DNA of 64,000 bases from contig NC_045696.1 of NCBI RefSeq assembly GCF_009834535.1, positions 14,386,001 to 14,450,000 on the forward strand, in the 5' to 3' direction. Source of the stretch: Camelus ferus (lineage: Eukaryota). The notes beneath the pieces are model-generated. The model was not told where the DNA came from. It saw nothing but the letters and a program-made list of their open reading frames with translations, and did no database searches. A program made the position numbers and the translations under genes. Positions 39,003 through 52,779 of the stretch are shown one piece after another; position 1 is the stretch's first letter; each line of letters starts with the position of its first letter.

Positions 39003-39033
39003 TGTGTGTGTGTGTGTGTATCTGTGTGCGTGT
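39003..39033. repeat. (TG)n microsatellite
   Basis: TGTGTGTGTGTGTGTGTATCTGTGTGCGTGT. Confidence 0.9.
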
Positions 39034-39229
39034 TTCACATCTGGCCAACTCAATGTTGACAAAATCAGCATGCATTGGATAATTCCCAAAACAATTCCTG
39101 GAAATAGGGACCCAGATTCAGGGGTGACAGGCGAATATAAGTCCTAGGAATACATTTAGACCTTGTATCTTTGGACTTCCACAAGGTCAAAGTGGAGTGA
39201 TCATAGCTTGATACCAAGCAGCTGTTTGA

Positions 39230-41250
39230 ATTTCTAATGCTTTAATTACTGAAGAAGCCGAGTTATTTGTTTATTGGTACAGTTCATTAGCTTTTGGTGA
39301 ATTGTCTGCTTGCATCTGTGCCCAATTTTCTATTAAGGCATTCATTTTTTAGTTTATAATAGCCCTTTACATATTCAGCATATAAGCTCTTTGACAGAGG
39401 TTTGTGATTTTTTTTTCCTCTTTGGCTCTCATATTTAATTTGGATTATTGTATTGTCGATATTCATTTATGAACTATTTTTTCTAGTTTCTACCTTTATT
39501 CTTATGTTTAAACAGACCTTCCACACTCCAAAATGTTCATCCATATTTCCTACTAGTTTTGTAATAAATCTTGAACATGTAACTCTATCATCTTTCTAGA
39601 ATTTAACTTGCTATAAGTTCATGTTGAGACTATGTTTATAAGTGAGATTGGGTTTTGGCTTTCTGTTTTGTAGTTTCATAACCAAGTTTGGGTAACACTA
39701 GTTTGTAAAATAATGTCAGCCCTTTGTGTGCCATGACACAGGTCATTCATTGGTCACAACACTGATCTGTGTTCTTACTTGTCCTTAACAGAGTGAGAGG
39801 GCCTACCAGCTCAGTATTCTGGTCCCAAAGCATTTTCAGGAAGTAATTTTTGACAAACATTTTCAATATTTAGCTCAATCATTTGTTCATATGCTGAGAT
39901 TTTATTTTTCCCTCTTATTGAAACCCTTTTTATAATTTATATTCCCTCCTAGTCCTCCATTTTTTTAGATTTTAAAATTATTTAGGGTAGAGCTGTAAAT
40001 AACATTTGCTTATAATTTTTAATTTTTTAATATCTGTCATTCCCTTTTTTATCTAGGCATCAATTATTTTCTTTGTGTTTTCTAACTTCATTAATTTTTT
40101 CATAATTTCTCCATTCTCCTTTAAAGTTCCAATTTGTTATTTTTTATCTAATTCTTTAGCTGTGTACTATCTTTTATTCTTATCCTTTTTTATAGAAAAA
40201 TAGCTCAATATATATCTAATAAATCATCTGCATTTATTATATTATTCAGATATGTCTTTGGCATTTATTTATTTCCTATTTTATCTGTCAAATACTGAAA
40301 AAGTCATATTAAATTCTGTCAGTTCTATTGTATTTTTAAGTTGTTCTTGAACTTCTAACACTTTGCTTTTTAAATATATGCTTTTTTTTAGTTTGGAGCA
40401 TAAAAATGTACTGCACTTTTTAAAAATATCATGGACCTTCTTTGTCCTATTTAATGATTACATGGAGTCAAACGTTCAGAAATAACAGAAGTAAAACCAA
40501 TGAATCACCAAAGCAATAATTAGCAAACTTTTATTGTGCACACACCAAAAAGTTTTCAAACCAGGAGCACTCAAACCAAAACACAGAGTGAGGCTCAGGG
40601 GTATATTGTTATCAAGCAGCTTCTATAGTAAGTTTACATTCTTCACAGGGATTGGTTACAATATTAGAATTTTCTTAATAATAGGCATTTGGTTAATGGT
40701 TACGTCATGTCAACCTTGGGAAACAGTTCAAGTTTTGCTTTTGATTTCCGGAAGCGTAGCAAGAAATGCCCCAGGTCAAGTTAGTCTTGCAAAGTAAGCT
40801 AAATTAAACTTCATTTGTATGACTAAACTGGTTTTGTCTGCCCAGGGAATTTGCAAAGCTGGTCTCCACTTGTTTTTTATTTTAACAATGATGTCTCCTA
40901 GTTGTTTAATGTTACTGCTGTAACTCCAGTTGTTTTGTTTGTTTTTTGTTTATGTAGATTTTCCTACCCTTTCACCTTTAACCTTTCAGAATTGTTTCAT
41001 TTTCTGATTATCCATGGTAAGAAGCTCTCACTCAGATATTGCTTTGGCCCAGTCCTAAGTCAAAACCTTTTAATAAAGGATACCATAGTCACAGTTATTC
41101 CATGTAATTTGCATTTACTTTTATCCCATTTTAAGGCTCCTATTTTAAGCTTCCTTGCTGTTTTCTTTTTACCATTATTTTGAGGTATAAATTATGTTCA
41201 ATTTATTTTTTCAACCATGCATCTTGTTTTCAATTCTGTATGTCATCACC
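39230..41250 (-). mobile_element. Highly diverged L1M fragments (antisense), host of the LTR at 40458
   Basis: T-rich, with antisense L1 motifs such as TGTGCCCAATTTTCTATT and GTGAGATTGGGTTTTGGCTTTCTG. Confidence 0.5.
40458..40887 (-). mobile_element. ERV1-class solo LTR
   Basis: Minus strand starts TGTTAAAATAAAAAAC; minus-strand AATAAA near 40530; 4-bp TSD ATGA at 40454-40457 and 40888-40891. Confidence 0.7.
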
Positions 41251-41274
41251 TTGTAAAATATTTAAAGACATGCC

Positions 41275-41720
41275 TCTATACAAGCTAAGAACTGCAAATA
41301 ACTCAAAAGTTCATCAATAGTAGAAAATATTAGTAAAGTGTATAAATGACAATAAACTTGTATAAAGTAATAAAAGCAAATAAACTAAACTGTATCAACA
41401 AACCTGAATGATACAAACTGTTGAACCATAAAAGCAAAACAGAAAATAATGTATATATTCTATATTAAGTTTAAAAGCAGGCAAAGGCAAACCATATTGT
41501 TATCCAAAGGCAACAGAAGTTAGGACCGGGGGCAATTAGTGGGGAAGGATGGAACTGTGATCAGAGAGGAACAAAGAAGGTTTCTGGGAAGCTGGGATAA
41601 GGCTCTTTCTTCACTTCAGTGGTAGCTATACTGCTGTCACTTAGTAATTACGCACGAATTTCTACACATCCATTGTGTGCACCATTCTAATAGAATGTTT
41701 TATCTCACAATGAAAAAAAG
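41275..41720 (+). mobile_element. Ancient L1M 3' end
   Basis: AACTGCAAATAACTCAAAAGTTCATCAATAGTAGAA...AAGTTTAAAAGCAGGCAAA...TTTTATCTCACAATGAAAAAAA. Confidence 0.65.
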
Positions 41721-42057
41721 TCACACGTAACTATATTTTTTTAATTATGTCAGAAAAGGCATATCTATTTATTCTCTTCCATGTAACTTAAAAACATTTC
41801 TATTTCTACCTGTACCCTACCTTGACCTCCTATGTTCTGTTTTTTGTTAGTATGACTTTTTTTTTATTTTTTATCGCCTTTCAATACTATTTATGACCTA
41901 TTCAATTGATTTTATACTATAATCAGAATAATCCTTTAGATTCCATTTTATTTCAGATTTTTTCAATATTTACTATTAGTTATTTTTTTAATAAAACAGC
42001 CCCATTCTAAATTTGGATTTTGCTTTCTTTTTTATCATTTTAAAAAATCTCTCATGG

Positions 42058-42211
42058 AGAGGAGAGTATGCCTCAGTGGTAGAGTGTGTGCTTAGCATGC
42101 ACGAGGTCCTGTGTTCAATCCCCAGTACCTCTGTTAAAAATAAATAAACAAATAAAAATAAACCTAATTACCTCCCCAACCCCAGAAAATTAAAATAAAA
42201 TAAATTTCTTT
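42058..42211 (+). mobile_element. tRNA-Ala(AGC)-derived SINE (camelid vic-1-like), full length
   Basis: CTCAGTGGTAGAGTGTGTGCTTAGCATGCACGAGGTCCTGTGTTCAATCCCCAGTACCTC head with A/B boxes and AGC anticodon loop; TSD AAATCTCTCATGG at 42045-42057 and 42212-42224. Confidence 0.92.
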
Positions 42212-44207
42212 AAATCTCTCATGGCTTAAAATGAGTATATTATTAGTAGAATACTTTTTTAGACAATATCTGAACATGCACTTCAATTGCATTCTTATGT
42301 AAATGAATAATCAGGTAAAAAATTCTAAGGAATATTTCTTCCTCAAAAGTCTGAAAGTCTAGACCCATTTATTCTTGCAGTCAGTATTTCAGAGGAAGAC
42401 TCAGAATGTAAGGTCATTCAAGACACCACCATCCTTCTGTTACATCCCCAGGATACATGGACCATGTATATCATCCTCTTTCTCATCAATTTCATCCTTT
42501 TATCCTCGTCATCTGAATTCTGGAAAAGCTTCTCAAATTTGTCTTCCACATTAGGATTCCTTGCATCATAGAAAAAGCTTTTTGATTTTAATCCTTCTAA
42601 TGCAAATTTTAGTCATTCTCATGCAGATTTTAAATGGGCTATTACTTTTTAGTTCCCATTCTTCTTTCCCTACCTCATCCAACTCAGGTTGAATTTCTAT
42701 GCTCTCTGTCTCCTAGCTAGCTCCTCGTTTACCTCTGTCTCTTATTTTATTATCTCATGCTTCAGCTCCATATTTTCCAGAGTTTCACTGAAAGCACAAA
42801 GAGCCTATTCGAAATTTGTTCTCTTTCCTATGGTTATTATTATTATTAGAAATAAGACTTCTGCATCATCTTCCTTTCAGGACACAGACTATTTGCTTTG
42901 TCCCACACTGAGCTGTTCCTGCTGTGGTACATCCATATTTAATGAGGTTGGCTTATACCCTTAGGTTCCCCCTCACTGACTTTTACATTTCTCTTAAAAT
43001 TTTCTTTGTAGACCTTAAGCAGCAAGGTTGCATGTGTAGCTGGCTGTCCCAGAGATGGAGGAATTGGAGAAAGAATTCTTTCTGGTGACCCACTCTACTA
43101 AAGATCGGCTTTTGGTTTTTTCTTCTCTTCAGTTCACTTGTAATGCCAGGTTCATGGAAAATCTTATCCAATCTGCTTCCCCAGGCTTGCTGCTGATTTA
43201 CCACATCAGACAGAAAACTAAGCATGTCTCGAAGAAATCTCACCTCACTGCCAGCTTTCTTCTTGATGTGAATCCTACGTGAACTTTAAGGTCTCCTAAT
43301 ACAGTGCTTCCATCTGCTCTGGATTCACATCCAGGAACAGGCATCGGGTAGTCACCCTGGGCTTTCTCTGAGGTCCACCATGGCCTGCAGGGCCCGCCCT
43401 CCAGACTAGCCACCAGTGGAGCATCTCTGAAAGCATCAGTCAACTCTGTGTCCTCCTTGACTTGCTTCATTTTGAAAAAATCTGCATTAAATGTAAAAGA
43501 AATTATTCACTGTTCCCAGTTTTTTTTTAGCAACTCCTTTCCATAATTTGCAAATAGTGATGTCTGCTTCCTGTTATTTTGTATTTTCTTCCGTTATTTC
43601 TAAGATGATTTGAGATAGAAGTGGTGTCTTGTGCAAATTACCACAGCCCTTATTACTGACGCGAAGGTCATAATATGAATACTGTCAAACTAACCAATGA
43701 GCTAGAAATCCCAAAATTTTCCAAGTGGATCAGCCTTGAGAAAAGCAAAGAGAGGGGTAAAGAGAACAGAACGCCTTTAAGAATTGTACTCTTAGTGAGT
43801 CTCAAATATCACATCTGTCATTTGGGCAAGCCGTCTTATTCAGTCTGCTTTTAGCTCAATTTTTCAGGTGAGTCACCTCAAAACCATGCTGCAAAATGGC
43901 CCAGTTGCAGCAGGGAGCAATGAAGCTTCCCAGAATCTTGTGAAATAACGTGATTTGTGAGCAGAACCTCCCAAACAATATTTCTCAGGGTTATTTAAAG
44001 CTTTTGCTTTTCCTTTCTCCCTAATAATGTTAACTCAGATGAGTACATGGAGCTTCATAATGCTAATCTATAAAAAAAGAAAATATATTATTATTATTAT
44101 TATTAAATAAGAATCCACTTATAGAAACAACATTTGCATTGTGTTCCATATTACACTGTCGAAGCATCAAGGTGGAATTAAACATTGTTCTTAAAGTCAG
44201 AAATCTT

Positions 44208-44491
44208 TGTCTTTTTTTTAATTGAATGAAAGATTCTTTAAATTGCTTTACAATTTTCAGAAATTTCACACACATGATTTCATATAATCCCATAATAACC
44301 CTTCTTTTCCCCATCCCTATATTGCTCCTCCTTCCTTCCCTCTCCCCACTGATAATCACTTGTTTGTTCTTTATATCTGTGAGTCTGGATTTTTGTTTGT
44401 TTGTTTGTTTGTTTGTTTTATTCACTAGTTTGTTGTATTTTTTAGATTCTACATATAAGTGATATCATAGTGTCTGTCTTTCTCTGTCTGA
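44208..44491 (-). mobile_element. 5'-truncated L1 3' end
   Basis: T-tail then antisense 3'UTR (TTAGATTCTACATATAAGTGATATCATAG); perfect 18-bp TSD CTTAAAGTCAGAAATCTT at 44190-44207 and 44492-44509. Confidence 0.9.
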
Positions 44492-45029
44492 CTTAAAGTC
44501 AGAAATCTTAGAATGTATATAATCTGAGGTTCCCCCATAACTCACTGAACAAGATGAAATAATTATTTAGCAACTAGAATGATAGACACTTCTTAAGGTG
44601 AGAAGTTTTTCCTGGTGGTTTTCTCTTTCCATTAAGTGAGGACGTATCTGACCAGTCATCAAAGGGTAGAGCACATGGAACACAAAAGAGGAACAGCCAC
44701 ATTCAACCTCTCCATGCCCCTCGGCTGACGAAGGAGTCTACGTCAGAGTCTGTGTGGAGGAAATTGCTGTCCCCAAGCTATAGCTTTGGTCACGAGTCCC
44801 TCGTCACCTGACTCTACACCTGTTGCCCCCTGAATCCAGGACTCAGCTGCAGGTGAGAAGGGGCTAAATAAGCCCCTCCGCCTTACATCCCTGTATTTCC
44901 AAGTGATCAAGTTTCAAATGTGTTGAAATTCCCTACTCACCAACTCTGACCATCAATTAAGTAAAATGAATGACTTTGGGAAGTGTTTCATCACCAATTC
45001 AGCCAAAAACATAGATGTTAACAGTACCA

Positions 45030-45490
45030 CCTTCAGTTATCTATAATCATGGTATATAAACATTTATAAACATTTATTTCATAAACATTTATTTCACCTA
45101 CAAGCCTGTGTTGTTGATTCAGGTTGGATTCAACTGAGCAGTTTTGGCCTCAGCTAGGCTTACTCTCAAGTTTGGGAGCAGCTGGTTGTTGGCTGATCTA
45201 GGATGGCTGGGGTGCCTGGCACAACTCAGCTCTGCTCTATGTGTCTTTTCTTTCAGCAGGCCAGCCAGACATCTTCTCATAACTATCACAGAGGAGCAAG
45301 AGAATAAGCAAAAACAGCACAAACTTGGCCTCTGCTTTGGGGGGTCGCATTTGTTAACATACCATTGTCCAAGGCAAGTCACGTGCTGAGCCCAGAGTCA
45401 AGGGGTGGAATAGAACAAATTCCCAACCTAGAGCAAGACAAAGGGAGTGGGTACTGGGAGGGATATAGAATGGAGAACAACCGTTAATGC
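45030..45490 (-). mobile_element. MaLR solo LTR (old MLT1)
   Basis: GGCCTCAGCTAGGCTTACTC...CCATTGTCCAAGGCAAGTCACGTGCTGAGCCCAGAGTCAAGGGGTGG; short tandem ATAAACATTTATTTC duplication near 45066-45095. Confidence 0.7.
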
Positions 45491-47529
45491 AAGCAAGCTA
45501 ATGTACTCCTTTAATGCCAGTGTGTCTCCTCTTTAAACCAAGGCGATCCTGAGTAGGCTGGTTACTTTATAACACACTTGATGTTTCATTTAGGGCCCTA
45601 AAATCTAGAGCTACTCATTCACAGGAGAGTATCTAGTCAACTAACCTCAGAACAGTTAAAACTGAGTCACTGAATAATTATGATTATAAACAGAGGAAAT
45701 TTAATTGCTAATATGTAAACAAAATTGGCTCATACCCCAATAACACTTGAAACTACAGTAGGTCCCTCTTTGTTCCAATATGCAGTGCAATGCAATATTT
45801 TTCACAATGCAAGACAATGCAAGATTCTTCTCTAACAAAACAGCACATCCCGGATAATGGTTAAAACCATGATTGTGCCTTAAGGCAGACATAGACAAGC
45901 TAGATGTAAGCAAAGAAGTGAGAGTCCCTAAAATGACAATATAAAATCAGTCCTTAGAAGTGCAGCACAGAAGTCACCAGGGGTCTAAATAATGCAAAAG
46001 CAAATTGGAAATCAAAGGTATGTTTCTATCTTTAATAATAATAAAATTAAAGATAGAAATATATCATCACTTATTTAAAATGAGTGTATTAAGAATTTTC
46101 ATGATTATATCTGCGCTATGCTTTTGAAGGAAGTTCTGTTCCTATCTTCAAGATGCTTGATGTTTGAAACAGAACACTTAGCTATACAGGTGCTTTGTTG
46201 TTGCATGGATTTGCTTAAGATCACTGAACTTTGTCTTTAAAAAGTTGCATATGAATTAAATAGTAAGTGAATTCTGAGTTCTAATTTAGAGTGAATTTCC
46301 CACTTCCATCTGCTTAAATGGGAACCCCAAATTGCTTGAGGTGGTTTCAGTGTTTTTTAGTAGGAAATAATGGAATAAATTAAATTTTTAATATTAATGT
46401 TCTTATAATAAATTCAGTAGCAACCTTTCTTGATCATTGGTATAATTCTTAATCTAGTCATCTGATTTGGATGTTTGGTCAGATGAAATTCTGGCTAGTT
46501 AGGGCCACAATGAAAATTGATTGGATTTTGCATATCTCTTAATATTTCTTGCCTCTATGATCCAAAAGGTAAAGTCATAGTAATGATAGTTACTTCCAAC
46601 CAAGAGGACTTTGAGTAAAACAATTCTTCTATCAAGGCAGCAGAAATACACTCCATTCCTGGCCCAATTCTTTTCTGGCTTTATCTGTGAAGTTTCTCTT
46701 CTGTTTCTTAATCCATTTTGTTTGTAATCTCCAAGCCAGAATAGAACTCTTTCTGAGAGAAACTGCTGCACTACCAGTTTTAACACTCATTTTATTTTAT
46801 TTTTTGAGACTTAAATACGGAAGCAGATCCCATAATACAGTGTGATAAGAATCCTAACAGCAGTTGGCACCCTTCCATCCAGTTTCTCTTGTTATCAGCA
46901 CACGGGTTGTTTTAAACAGTCAGTTGGGCTGAGGTGCTGTCAGGGGCCATAGGATACGGCAAAGTTTCCTCAGCCACAGAGAGTCCTGTGCACACTTGGA
47001 ACATGAAGTCTTTTCAGCAACCCACAAAGGGAAAATGGAAAAATTCGACCAAGTAGCTTCCTTTTGTATAGCTGAGACATCTCCTGCCTTCCTTTGATTT
47101 TCAATCCCAGATGTCAAATGAAATGAGCAAAATTACAAAAGCAGCTTTTTATAAGACAAGATCTGTTTCTCCCAAAATCAAATGTTAGTGCTATTTGAAT
47201 AGACATTCAAATAAAGATAAGGAACCAACACTATCAGAATTTTATGGAAAAGCATCGGGAAATAAAAGAGCAGATTTATGTCTTTCTACTCTTGAACCAA
47301 AAAAAGAAAAAAAAAGATTTAACTAACAGCTAAAATGTACCAGAATAATGAAAATAGCAAATTTTATTTTCTGTCCTTTGCTTTTGCTGCCAAACACCAA
47401 TGAAAGTAATTTGTTAACTGTCGTTTCTACATCCTGCCAAGCCTTCCCCACGTTAACCTGTCTCAGTAATGTTGCTGAAACTGTTCTCTTGAAGATCACT
47501 ATGACCGCTTTACATCTTCTCCTCATTTT

Positions 47530-50470
47530 ATTGGAAAGTATAACACACAAACAGAAAACTGCATGAAACAAAAACATCAGTAATTTATCACAAAGAAAGC
47601 ACCTGTGTACCACCTTCCAGAACAGGAAATTGAATATTGTCAGCACCCCAGGAGCCTTCCCTCCTGTTTCTTCTCAATCACTAAGGCTTCTCTCGCCTTC
47701 AAAATGTTCTTTATCATTATGCCTAACACTGGAGTTGAGTTTTCCCTGTTTCTCAGGTTTTTATAAACGCAATCATGTTTCTGCCTTATTGTGCAATTGT
47801 CTGGCTTCCATCACTCAAAATTCTGATGAATAGTCACCCATGCCATTGCACGCAATAGTAGTTCATTTATTTTTGTTGTACAGGTACTTGCATTGTATGA
47901 CTGGCTATTCTGAAATTTTATTTACTCATGTTACTATTGACGTATGTTTAGGATCTTTCCAGTTTTAACTATAATAAACAATGTTGCTAGGAACATTCTT
48001 TTACAGTCTCTTAATGCACACAGACACACCTATCTGTTGGACAGCTAGGAGTAAAATATCAAGACCGTGGAGTGTACATATAGTAACACTAGTAGATAAT
48101 TAGCAATTGTGCTAATGTCTATTTCACCAGCAATAGACGAAAGTTCTTGCTGTTCCAGGGACTTTCCAGAATTTGCAACTGTCAGTCATTGCAAGTTTAA
48201 CCACTTTGGGGTGCACATTGTACCTCACTGTGCATTTAATTTGCAATTTCCTGATAAATAATAAGGCAAAGCACTTTTTGTGTACGTTTATTGGCCATCG
48301 GATATCTTCTTTTGCAATATGCCTGTTCAACCTTCTTGGTTATTTTTCTGTTATCTTTTCCTTATTGATTTCTGGTGGTTCCTTATACAATCTGGATACA
48401 AGCCCTTTGTCAGTTACTTGTTCAGTAAATTTCTTCCTGCCATTCTTGTTTTTTAGCTTCTTTATGAAATATCTTAATTTTGGTATTACTCTAGCCTTGC
48501 CCTTCCTAGAGTCGCAAGTAAATGAAAGAATATGTAGTCGGTTGTGTTTGGCTTCTTTCACTAAACACAATATTTTTGAGATCTATCCATGTGCATGCAT
48601 CAATATTTCTCTGCTTTTTACTTCTGAACAATATTCCACAGTACAGAAGTACTGTGGTGATTTGATTATTCACTTACCACTTAACGGCAACTTGGATTAT
48701 TTCCACTTTTAAGCCTCTATGGGTCATACTGCTCTGTATATTCTTGTACATAAATGTGCACTCATGTTCCATTTTTCTTGGGTTAAGTAACTAGTAATGG
48801 GATCTCTGGGTCAAAAATGTATGTGGTGTGTAAACAGGTGTGTACACAAGCTTTCTTTTGGTTAGTGTTTGCATGCTATACCTTATCTCATCTTTTCTCA
48901 CTTTTAATCTTACACTTTTGATGCATTTCTTATAAACTACATATAATTAACTTTTTGTCACATTTGATAAACTTTGGGTTCTAATTGGAGAATTAGTTCC
49001 TTTACAGTTAATATAATTAGTGATAGATTTGGGGTTATATTTACTATCATACTCAGTCCCTTCTATTTGTCTCATTTATTCTTTTTTTTCTGCTTTTTTT
49101 TTTTGGATAAAGTACTTCTATTATTCCATTTTTTCTCACTATTTTCTAGTGGTAATATCTGCCCTTACAATTCTTTTGGTGGCTTCATTAAAGACAGCAG
49201 TACTCATCCTCAAGTTGTCAAAGTCTAATGTTACTTGGCACTTTTTCTCTTTTCCAGGTCAATGCTAAGAACTTGGAAGATTTTAATTTCACTCATTCCC
49301 CTTCCATTGATACTATATGGTCCTATTTTCTCATAAGGCTCCACTATTATTTTTCACTTTAGTCATTATTCACTTAAATCTGTTCATCTTTTCCTCATTT
49401 TCATTGTACCTTACTCCTTTCTATATCTCAAACTTCAAGCCTGAATAATGTTCCTGCTGCTGTTGGTGTAGATTACAGGTGATAAATTCTCCCAGTTTTC
49501 ACTTGTCTGAAAATACTGTTTATCTATTTTTGGAAGGTATTTTCATTGAGTATAGCATTCTCGGCAGTAATTACTTACTGTGAACGCTTTAGAGATAACA
49601 TCTCATTACCTTCCTGCTTTCATTGTTTCTCTTCTGAATTCAGCTTGTCACTGTAATAGCTGTTCCCTTGAAAGTAGTTTGCCTTTTTCTCCTCTGGATG
49701 CTTTTATTATTTTTTCTTTATTTTGGGGTTTCAGATGTTTTATTACGACAAGCCTATGTCGGTTTGTTTGTTATTCTCCTGCGTGGGGTCTGTAAAGATG
49801 ATTGAATGTGTGACAATATGTTTCACTAACTTTAGAGAACTCTTCAGATTCGCTCCTATCACACACTGCTTCTGACTGTTATCTCTCCTCAGTGCTCTGG
49901 GGCCCCCAAATCATTTTTCTCAGAGTGTTGTTTATACTCTCTTTTCTATTTCCTAATTTTAACTCTCCATACTTCACTTTGTGTTTTGCAGTTGTAAATT
50001 TTCTGTGTGGTTCATTTGTTTCCATATGGAATTGCCTCGCATTCAATTTCAGGAATTGAGAAAACTTAAAATGTGACTTCAGTCCCTTCAAGGGCTGGTT
50101 GACTTCCAATCCTCTCTGACTCCCAGAGTGTAATCATTTGGGTTCTCAACCAAAAATAAGAAAATTTACCCTGTCCTACTAGAAGGTCCTGGACTTTAAT
50201 TTTCTTGTCCCTGGCTACAAATGGCTTTTTAAATTTCTGCCCAGTCTCTCAACTTCTCAATTATTTCTTCCAGAATTAGCAGATGCCAAAAAACAGCCCT
50301 AATGCCAAGTTCACCACAGCCCTAATGCCAAGTTCACCTTTCTGAGTGAGTCAACTCAGTGTTTCTGTAATGATATTAAACAGATAAACCATTTTTTAAC
50401 ATTTTGTTCATAATTTCTAGTTGTTCTTAGTGGGAGGTTTAATCCAAATTACCCTGTTCATCATTACTGG
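47530..50470 (-). mobile_element. Stack of old antisense L1M fragments
   Basis: Minus-strand translation MNRHIAKEDIRWPINVHKKC and DKGLVSRLYKE match the degraded L1 ORF2 C-terminal region; 3'UTR and ORF1-type motifs nearby. Confidence 0.75.
50293..50338. repeat. Perfect 23-bp tandem duplication
   Basis: ACAGCCCTAATGCCAAGTTCACC x2. Confidence 0.95.
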
Positions 50471-51044
50471 AGAACAATAATTGATTTGTTTTAAAACTTA
50501 ATATTCCTTCTTGAATCATCACTCTCCTCTAATCTTCTGAAGGACTCAACTCTATTGCTTAATTTTTTACTCAAGATTTTCTTTTCACCTTCACCAAACT
50601 GTGCATTTTTAATTTATTTCTGCCCTTTTTTATTTCTCTTCCTAACTTTTATATTCCTACACATACTCTATACTCCTTCCTCACTTATCTTCCAGGATTT
50701 TGTTTTCCCTTTATACACATTCTTTTGTCTATATGTCTGTCAGAACAAATAGCCCTTCATACATATGCCTTCAATAAATTTATCTGCTCCTACAGCTATA
50801 GCTAACTGGATGACTCTCACATCATCTTCTCCAGTCCTGAAATATCACTTATGCTTACATTTCACATTTTTAACTACATAGAGAACATCTCCATTTAGAT
50901 ATCCAGTCTTCATGTCTCATTAAACATGTCTTTCACCTCCCTCCCAACTAAACTATTTTAAAGGGGTCCAGGACACCAGAAAGGGGAAAAAAGAACAGAA
51001 AGAAATAATGTGGCCAAAAGAGCCACATTAAACTATTTGTTGGC

Positions 51045-52025
51045 TTCATGGATTAAGGAAATAAATATTTTTCTGAAGAAGACATACAGATAGATGGCCA
51101 ATAGGCACATGAAAACATGTTCAACATCGTTAAACACCAGGGAGATGCAAAGCAAAACCACAATGAGGTACCTCAGACCTGTCAGAATGGCAATCATCAA
51201 AAAGACAAGATACAACAGGTGCTGGCAAGGATGTGGAGAAAAGGGAGCCCTTGTGCATTGTTGGTGGGAATGTCAATTGGTGCAGCCACTATAGAAATCA
51301 GTATGGAGGTTTCTCACAAAATTAAACATAGAACTACCATATGATCCAGCAATCCCATCTCAAGGGATATTTCTGAAGAAAATAAAATCACTATCTCAAA
51401 GATATATCTGTATCCCCATGTTCATTGCAGCATCATTTACAGTTTAGGGACACAACCTAAATATCCATCAACCAATGAATGGATAAAGCAGATGTGCTGT
51501 ATATGTACAATGAAATGTTATTTTGCCATTAAAAAAAAAGGAAGTTCTACCATTTGCAGTAACATGGATGGACCTTGAGGGCATTTTGCTAAGTGAAGTA
51601 AATCAGACATAGAACAACAAATACTGTATATTCTCACTTATACGTGGAATCTAAAAAAGCCAAACTCATAGAAACAGAATAGAATGGTGGTTGCCAGGGG
51701 CTGGGGGTGGGGTAAATGAGGACATTTTTTAGAAGTACAAATTTCCAGCTGTAAGATGAATAAATTGTGATGATCTAATGTACAGCATGGTGGCTATAAT
51801 TAACAGTACTCTATATTGTACTATATATTGAAAAACTGTTAAGAGAGTAGACCTTATGCACTATTATCACAGAAGAGGTAATTGCATGAGAAAATGGAGA
51901 TATTAACTAACTTTATTGTGGTAATCATTTCACAATATATATTTGTATCAAATCATCACATTGTATATCTTAAATTTATGTGTGTTGTATGTCAATAATA
52001 TCCCAATAAAGTTAGGGGGAAAAAC
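51045..52025 (+). mobile_element. L1 (L1MA9-like) ORF2 end plus 3'UTR
   Basis: [26 protein letters not shown]...[24 protein letters not shown] is the ORF2 Cys-rich domain; complete 3' terminus. Confidence 0.92.
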
Positions 52026-52779
52026 TCTATAGCATAAAATTCCAATTAAAAGGTAAGAGGTGGCAAACAAACTGTGCTCCCACCATAATGATGAGAAAAT
52101 ACCAGATAAACTAAAAAGTCATAGTAGTCTTCGAAGCCATCAGAGAACAGCAGATATAAAGTCCAATTGAATTAAATTCAAAAAATAAGGAGCTCTTTCT
52201 GAGTTAGCAAAGATTGGTGGCCTCTCCAAACCCTAAGACTTGGAGCATGGCAATTAGAGGAATGAGTCTGCAATAGCAAGGAGAGTTAGGACAGGAAAGA
52301 AAATCAGATTAACTTTTTACAGACTCATGTGGGCTAGCATGAAGATTTAAATCTGGAGGACCCCCAAATAAAGAGTTAGTCCTCCTCACCTGCCAATTCT
52401 CTCTCTCCCATAGAGCTTTAGCTGAGTAAGTAGCAGCACAAAGAATCTAGGGATAGGAAAGGAAAGAGAGAGACCATTAGTCTTATGTGGTCAGTTAGCA
52501 AAGTCCTAGTTAAGGGTATTTAAACCATAGGCTAATTGAAACTAACTAAAGCATCAACCAATTCATTACTGAGCCCAATTCCTGATTTGTTTGAATACAT
52601 TGGATTTCTCACCCTAGCCGCCTAAAAAAGGGGGCAAGTCTTTTCTGAGTTCACAAATATTTACTTCTGTTTCTACTACACTTTTATACACTATGTCTAT
52701 AATGCTATAAAATGTTATGAGATAGGTAAAGAAGCAAGAAAACATGACCCATAATGAAGACAAAAATATTCAATAGAAT

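Noticed and set aside
42058..42135. Functional tRNA-Ala gene
   Set aside because: Acceptor and T stems are mismatched, and it has an A-rich tail and TSD, so it is a SINE.
48173..48712. Longest ORF in the track (179 aa, hydrophobic)
   Set aside because: Non-ATG start; it is the T-rich antisense strand of old L1 sequence.
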